Shown: positions 60,901 to 64,000 of the stretch, piece after piece
How the letters are laid out: each line of letters begins with the position of its first letter
How positions within the stretch are numbered: the stretch's first letter is position 1
From: Vicugna vicugna
Lineage: Eukaryota
Direction of reading: 5' to 3'
Assembly (NCBI GenBank): GCA_013265495.1
Contig: MU061017.1
Span: 1,981,587 to 2,045,586 of the forward strand
Length of the DNA: 64,000 nt
Notes under the pieces: generated by a model
What the model was told of the DNA's origin: nothing
The model's database searches: none
Seen by the model: only the letters and a program-made list of their open reading frames with translations
Translations under genes and position numbers: made by a program

Positions 60901-63900
60901 TCCCCAGGACTTTTTGCAAATAACATACTGATAGCTAATCATCACGCTTTGATAAAGTATGTATTAGGGCCAGGCGCAGTGACCACGTGCAGTTTCTCTC
61001 TCCAAGAACCCTATGAGGTTGTTTTGATGGTTGTCACTTTACAGAGGAAGTAAGTGCGGCTTGGGCAGTCCTATAACCCGACTCCTACAGCCAGGCAGCC
61101 AGGGTTTTCATCTAGGTCTGCCCGACTGAAGAGATGGGGGTCTCAGGCCCCCGTCCTGGCTGCCTCAGATCCTAAACCAGCTCCTACCCTCACCCGCACC
61201 CCGATCCCACTAATGCCCGTGCACCCCACCTGAGCTGCTGTAATCCTGCTAACAGTGAGCTTGGCCCAAAGCCTTTTCTTCCTGGCTTGCTCTCCACCAC
61301 CCATCTAAGATTTCTTTCATTCCACCCTTCATCCCCAAACCCCAGATTGAGAATCAGGCTCTCCTTTTGGGATTTTAGAAGGACACTTGGCCATTGCCAA
61401 CCACGATCAACTGCTGAGAGGTTTAGAGGCAATGTCTGAGCATCGGAAATAGCCTTTTGCTGGGGTTTCCTGCCAGGAGAAAAGAATGAACCAGGGAGCA
61501 AGTCTTCTTTCTTCCAATAGCTCCCAAGAATTGTCTTGCTCCCTCTCTGCCTTGTGCTCAGCCCCCATTGAAGTGCTTACCTGGTTAGGCTGACGGAGAG
61601 TGGGTACCGCACGGATCCCTGAAGACACACTTCTCCTGCTTCATTGTGAGGCCAGGCATGGGAGGAGGAGCCTCAGTTGACTTCCCAAAGGCCTGGAGGC
61701 ACCACTGTCTGAGAGATCCCTGTGGCTTCCTCACTGTGGAGTAGAAGGCGCAGACCAACTGAGCAGGTGTCCCCAGCAGAACCCACTGGAAGTGGACAGT
61801 ATGGTGGGGCAGGATACCTTTGGCCACTGTCACCCTGATGTGGCCCAGACAGACATGGCATCCCGTTCCAGCTTCAGCACTTAGCAGCATGTGACCTGAA
61901 TAGGTCACCCAATCTTCCAAAATCTCCATTTCTCCATCAGTAAAATGGGGATAGCTTATCACGTTGTTGCAAAGATTAGTTAAAACATAGACAAAGAACC
62001 TGAAATGTGCCTGACACTTGGAAAACTCTATACCTGGTAACTAACAATCACTGCTGAGATGCAGGCATGGACTGGAAACATCTCCTGTACAGGGCACCTC
62101 AGATATCACTGTTCCAGGAGAGACATCGCGGCTGTGCCTTAAAAAGACAACTGGGGCAAAACACCGAGATGGGTTAGCGTTTGACACCCCAACCATCCTC
62201 TCTCTTCTGCCTCAAAATCTTAATGTTTGCGAAATACTACTATTTTTATATGATATTAATATGTATTATGTAACATGATGTTTGCTTTATAGTCTGGCTG
62301 TCTCTCTTGTAATGATATTTACCAAGGAAAGAAATCTTTCAGAGAAAGAGGAGAAAAAGCAAACAGCTGAACTTCTTTGTTTTACATTAAAATGGGGCAC
62401 ATACTGACGTGCACACAAGCTAACTTAAGAGCATAGCCCAGCTTCCTGGTTAGACTCGAAGGAAATGAGCATCTGCTGCTGGTGTTTCCTGGCCCTGGTC
62501 ACGACCATAGCATGAGAGACAGCACATTCTAAAGGCATCTATCTGGCTGGTATAAGTCATCTTGCTGGGAACTTAGACGGCTGGCTTTCCTGTATGTAAG
62601 TCTTTGTCCAGCCTCAGCCACGGGCTGGACCACCTGCCGGGTGGCGGTGCTAGCATGTCCTGCTCTCCTGAGGAGCATCCCATCCTTCGGCAGACATTCA
62701 TCAAGCCCTCTCGTGGGCCTGGCATCCACCTCTCAGATGGCTAGTGAAAAGGCCAAAGATTATGAAGAGGTGGGCCGTGAAACCTTCTGAAGATTTCTCA
62801 GGAAGTCTTCAAACCTCCTTCCACAGCTGTTGTGTCAGGGAAATGGGCACAAAGGACTGCTTTATAAACTCCCAGAACAAACTCATTGGTGAATGTGAAG
62901 GTTTAGAAATGAAAAGAACATTCGAGAATGGAGGGAAAGCTAGAACTCCAGCTGTGTGCTTGAAATGATGCCCTGGGCAGTGCCCTGCTGAGTGGAGGGT
63001 ACCATTCCCTGTGGGCACTCAGAGCGCCCCAGCCTTGGACCTGATGGCAGAACTCACCCCCAGAGCCTCCAGCTCCAGTCTTAGAAACCAGGTTACACTG
63101 CATGGAGTAGAAAAATCCAGCTCAGAGCAACAGATGTGTGTTGAGCTCCCAATTATGAAAGGAGAGGTCACAGCTTTGGGCCCAGGTGCACTTGGCCCCA
63201 GCTCGATGGCCTGTGTGGCTTTGGGAGGTCACCTGACCTCTCTCTCCCTTCCCTTCATCAGCTTATTGTAGGCATACAGTGAGAAAATGCGCAGAAAGCC
63301 TTTAGTACAGTGCCTGGCACGTAGTGGGTGCTCAAAAAAATGATAGTTTTTATTTTTAATAAAAGTGGAATCTATGCGGTGGCTCCATGTTGGGGAGGTG
63401 AGTCATACCCGAGTGTGAGCAACATTCTGAAACAGGACAAGAAACATAGCGATCTGATTACTCTGCTGGGTCATCCTTAGCATGTGTGCCCGGCATTCCA
63501 GAGTATAGCATGGGTCCCTGCATGCCCTCATGGTGATGGACAGGGCACTGAAGGCCAGCCACACCACACTGGCAATCTGTATTTGCAAACACGCAAGGTT
63601 TAACCTCCTGACCTGATCATTTACCTTCTGGCTTTTCAGGCTGGTGAAGAATAAAGACCATGTCCTATAGTTGGTTTTTATTCTTGTTTGGCACCAGTAG
63701 TTGCTGACTCCTTTACATTCCTCCTGTCGGCTGGTCTCACCGGCTACTGCATCTAATGCTTCCTGGGGTCTTGTATCTTTCCTGCCGATTTCTCCCAGAA
63801 GCTGTCCTCCGAGTGGAAACCAGAGATCAGGCTCCCATCTGGCAGTGACCACGTCATGCTCAAGTCCCTGGACTGGAATGCCGAGTATGAGGTCTACGTG

Positions 63901-63979
63901 GTGGCTGAGAACCAGCAGGGAAAGTCCAAGGCGGCTCACTTTGTGTTCAGGACCTCGGCCCAGCCCACAGCCATCCCAG
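15916..63979 (+). CDS. NCAM1: NCAM1, partial multi-exon CDS (Ig1-Ig5, FN3-1, FN3-2); 5' and 3' ends outside the window
   Basis: 14 exons with AG acceptors and GT donors (one GC) join into a 2043-nt open frame from [24 protein letters not shown] to [17 protein letters not shown], matching the known NCAM1 ectodomain. Confidence 0.99.
17742..17960 (+). CDS. NCAM1: NCAM1 exon, Ig1 second half (219 nt)
   Basis: ctctttag acceptor, gtaaga donor; (V)[72 protein letters not shown]. Confidence 0.98.
18912..18952. repeat. Compound (TG)n(AT)5(AG)6 microsatellite
   Basis: Read directly. Confidence 0.93.
19044..19187 (+). CDS. NCAM1: NCAM1 exon, Ig2 first half (144 nt)
   Basis: ttttccag acceptor, gtgaga donor; (Q)[47 protein letters not shown], including the basic heparin-binding stretch. 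Confidence 0.98.
19584..19721 (+). CDS. NCAM1: NCAM1 exon, Ig2 second half (138 nt)
   Basis: ctcttccag acceptor, gtgagg donor; (V)[45 protein letters not shown]. Confidence 0.98.
20696..20813 (+). CDS. NCAM1: NCAM1 exon, Ig3 first half (118 nt)
   Basis: ttcttcag acceptor, gtaaga donor; (V)[38 protein letters not shown](K). Confidence 0.98.
21149..21255 (+). mobile_element. Short tRNA-derived SINE (camelid vic-1-like)
   Basis: A box tagctcagtggtagagc, B box gggttcaatccc, followed by agtatctccattaaaaaaataaaa tail. Confidence 0.8.
21313..21479 (+). CDS. NCAM1: NCAM1 exon, Ig3 second half (167 nt)
   Basis: ccctgtag acceptor, gtaagg donor; [55 protein letters not shown]. One acidic residue shorter than human as I recall it, like bovine NCAM1. 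Confidence 0.98.
21800..22310 (+). mobile_element. L2 LINE remnant
   Basis: cagggacattgcactggatgcttcctctgcctggaatatc...ttgtctccactaagtgtaatctccaagatggc...gctcaatattagtgaccgagtga. Confidence 0.65.
22481..22668. mobile_element. MER5A-like MITE remnant
   Basis: ctagtggttctcaactgtgtctgccca start and acagacctttgaac end resemble MER5A termini. Confidence 0.55.
23620..23830 (-). mobile_element. MIR SINE
   Basis: cctcatcacagtcctatgaggcag...atccccatttcacaaatgaggaaactgagcacggag...ggattcaaacccaggc. Confidence 0.8.
24150..24210. repeat. (CA)12 plus short (CA)/(CT) compound repeat
   Basis: Read directly. Confidence 0.9.
27340..27740 (+). mobile_element. L2 LINE remnant just upstream of the Ig4 exon
   Basis: tgcacttggaatgactct...aggaccttagaacagggcc...gaacctttgttgaatgggtggatg is L2 3'-end-like. 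Confidence 0.5.
27801..27943 (+). CDS. NCAM1: NCAM1 exon, Ig4 first half (143 nt)
   Basis: gtcttttcag acceptor, gtacaa donor; (A)[47 protein letters not shown]; ends in phase 0, where VASE is normally inserted. Confidence 0.98.
30600..31420 (-). mobile_element. CR1/L3 LINE ORF2 remnant, interrupted by a MER20-like element
   Basis: Minus-strand ORF 30610-30921 reads [10 protein letters not shown]...[13 protein letters not shown]...[13 protein letters not shown]...ANA, the CR1 post-RT region; ~31290-31420 resembles the upstream RT segment. Confidence 0.75.
30915..31090. mobile_element. MER20-like hAT MITE
   Basis: cagcatttcccagtgggg...gggactgtcctgcgcagcac...cattgtgattaccaaaaatgtccc...ggagagcgaccat. 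Confidence 0.6.
34012..34159. other. Assembly gap (148 N)
   Basis: Run of N. Confidence 0.99.
34989..35137 (+). mobile_element. Short tRNA-derived SINE (same family as 21149) with TSD
   Basis: ggggtatagcttagtggtagagtgtatgcttagcatg...cctgggtccaatccccagtacctccattaaaaataaa; TAGCCTTT at 34981-34988 and 35138-35145. Confidence 0.85.
38363..38513 (+). CDS. NCAM1: NCAM1 exon, Ig4 second half (151 nt)
   Basis: ccctcctggcag acceptor, gtgagg donor; [50 protein letters not shown]. Confidence 0.98.
38812..38996 (+). CDS. NCAM1: NCAM1 exon, Ig5 first half (185 nt)
   Basis: cttcattgcag acceptor, gtgaga donor; (Y)[61 protein letters not shown]; sequons NIT and NYS. Confidence 0.98.
39318..39414 (+). CDS. 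NCAM1: NCAM1 exon, Ig5 second half (97 nt)
   Basis: tttctaaag acceptor, gtgagc donor; [32 protein letters not shown]; NCT sequon. NYS and NCT are the known polysialylated Ig5 sites. Confidence 0.98.
39717..39887 (+). CDS. NCAM1: NCAM1 exon, FN3-1 first part (171 nt)
   Basis: cctcccggcag acceptor, gtaagc donor; (D)[56 protein letters not shown]; DEPE acidic patch present. Confidence 0.98.
40865..41510 (-). mobile_element. Old L1 (L1MA/MB-like) 3' region spanning a gap
   Basis: ttgtggtaaaatacatataac...accattttaagcctacagttcagtagcactaagtgcattcac...ggacacttgggttgtttcc...ggagtggagttgctggatca. Confidence 0.85.
41131..41313. other. Assembly gap (183 N) inside an L1
   Basis: Run of N with L1 sequence on both sides. 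Confidence 0.99.
41552..41683 (+). CDS. NCAM1: NCAM1 exon, FN3-1 second part (132 nt)
   Basis: tctcacgacag acceptor, gtaagt donor; (A)[43 protein letters not shown]. Confidence 0.98.
42769..42783 (+). CDS. NCAM1: NCAM1 alternative microexon MSD1a (15 nt)
   Basis: tgcag|ATAGCCCTCTTCCAC|gtaagt; phase 1-1; reads (H)SPLP; preceded by a 105-nt AG-free pyrimidine-rich zone. Confidence 0.93.
46889..46936 (+). CDS. NCAM1: NCAM1 alternative exon MSD1b (48 nt)
   Basis: Long pyrimidine tract ending ttcctcag; gtgagt donor; phase 1-1; (P)[15 protein letters not shown], Ser/Thr/Pro-rich like MSD1b. Confidence 0.93.
48025..48240 (+). mobile_element. MIR SINE ~300 nt upstream of MSD1c
   Basis: ggttcgaatcccagctctgctgctt...cctcagattgcttatctc...acctaccttgtaggtatttgtgaaaattaaa...acagtgcccagcatgtagtaa. 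Confidence 0.75.
48536..48577 (+). CDS. NCAM1: NCAM1 alternative exon MSD1c (42 nt)
   Basis: tttccatag acceptor, gtgagt donor; phase 1-1; (T)[13 protein letters not shown]. Confidence 0.93.
48937..48972. repeat. (CA)18 preceded by (CG)3
   Basis: Read directly. Confidence 0.96.
49311..49555 (+). other. NCAM1: Homolog of the NCAM SEC (secreted-isoform) exon, apparently degenerate
   Basis: One frame reads [14 protein letters not shown] (stop 49377-49379), resembling the recalled human SEC tail CNMFQAGLHNALMK*. It lies just after MSD1c; candidate donor AAG|gtttgt at 49555/6. Confidence 0.65.
51062..51425 (-). mobile_element. L1 3' fragment with an inverted 5' segment
   Basis: Minus-strand tail 51062-51284 (tttattgaagtatagttgctgtacaatattgt...ccccactagtaacc) joined to plus-strand atgctacgtgaaataagtcagacagagaaagac...gagaagaaactcgtgg (51285-51425). 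Confidence 0.82.
51949..52255. other. Assembly gap (307 nt, all N except cc at 52106-52107)
   Basis: Run of N. Confidence 0.99.
53120..53395. promoter_or_regulatory. Small intronic CpG-island-like segment
   Basis: About 33 CpG in ~275 nt by hand count; GC-rich; contains ATTGG and GGGCG/CCGCCC motifs. Confidence 0.55.
60488..60612 (+). CDS. NCAM1: NCAM1 exon, FN3-2 first part (125 nt)
   Basis: ctgtttcag acceptor, gtgagt donor; (R)[41 protein letters not shown]. Confidence 0.98.
60945..61130 (-). mobile_element. MIR fragment
   Basis: caagaaccctatgaggttg...cactttacagaggaag...gggttttcatctaggtctgcccgact. Confidence 0.55.
61880..62045 (+). mobile_element. MIR fragment
   Basis: tgtgacctgaataggtcac...ctccatttctccatcagtaaaatggggatag...tgtgcctgacac. 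Confidence 0.7.
63165..63350 (+). mobile_element. MIR fragment
   Basis: tgtgtggctttgggaggtcacctgacctctct...aaagcctttagtacagtgcctggcacgtagtgggtgctcaa. Confidence 0.65.
63802..63979 (+). CDS. NCAM1: NCAM1 exon, FN3-2 second part (178 nt, or 181 nt from the proximal acceptor at 63799)
   Basis: cccagaag tandem acceptor, gtaaga donor; [59 protein letters not shown]; contains the FGL motif [15 protein letters not shown]. Confidence 0.97.
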
Positions 63980-64000
63980 GTAAGACGCCTCTGCTTCCTG

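Noticed and set aside
1-64000. Prokaryote-style systems (CRISPR arrays, operons, defence islands) or a second protein-coding gene
   Set aside because: The sequence is spliced mammalian DNA; no regularly spaced repeats, and no ORF other than NCAM1 exons and a CR1 remnant resembles a protein family I recognise.

Overview
Mammalian genomic DNA covering the central part of NCAM1 (neural cell adhesion molecule 1) on the + strand. The first ~15.9 kb is the 3' end of the long first intron; the signal-peptide exon lies upstream of the window. Fourteen constitutive exons (15916-63979, 2043 nt, one open frame) encode Ig1-Ig5 and both FN3 domains, each domain split over two exons. The GPI, transmembrane and cytoplasmic exons lie beyond the window. 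The muscle-specific cassettes MSD1a/b/c (15, 48 and 42 nt) are intact. The bovine-like Ig3 sequence and a short tRNA-derived SINE point to a cetartiodactyl, probably a camelid (inference). Introns carry MIR, L2, L1, CR1/L3 and MER remnants, microsatellites and three N gaps. I see no new biological system: this is a known gene. The points worth a second look concern its alternative-splicing apparatus. (1) The VASE microexon is not visible, but an orphan branch point/pyrimidine tract followed by RBFOX motifs sits at ~33.55-33.65 kb. (2) The 3-nt AAG microexon is predicted at the first bases of the gap at 51949. (3) The SEC exon appears degenerate. (4) There is a frameshifted homolog of a human 26-aa cassette. 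(5) There is a GC-AG intron, a NAGNAG acceptor, an intronic CpG island and stacked orphan acceptors. All comparisons with human, bovine or rodent NCAM1 and all repeat family names are from memory and need alignment; repeat boundaries are approximate.
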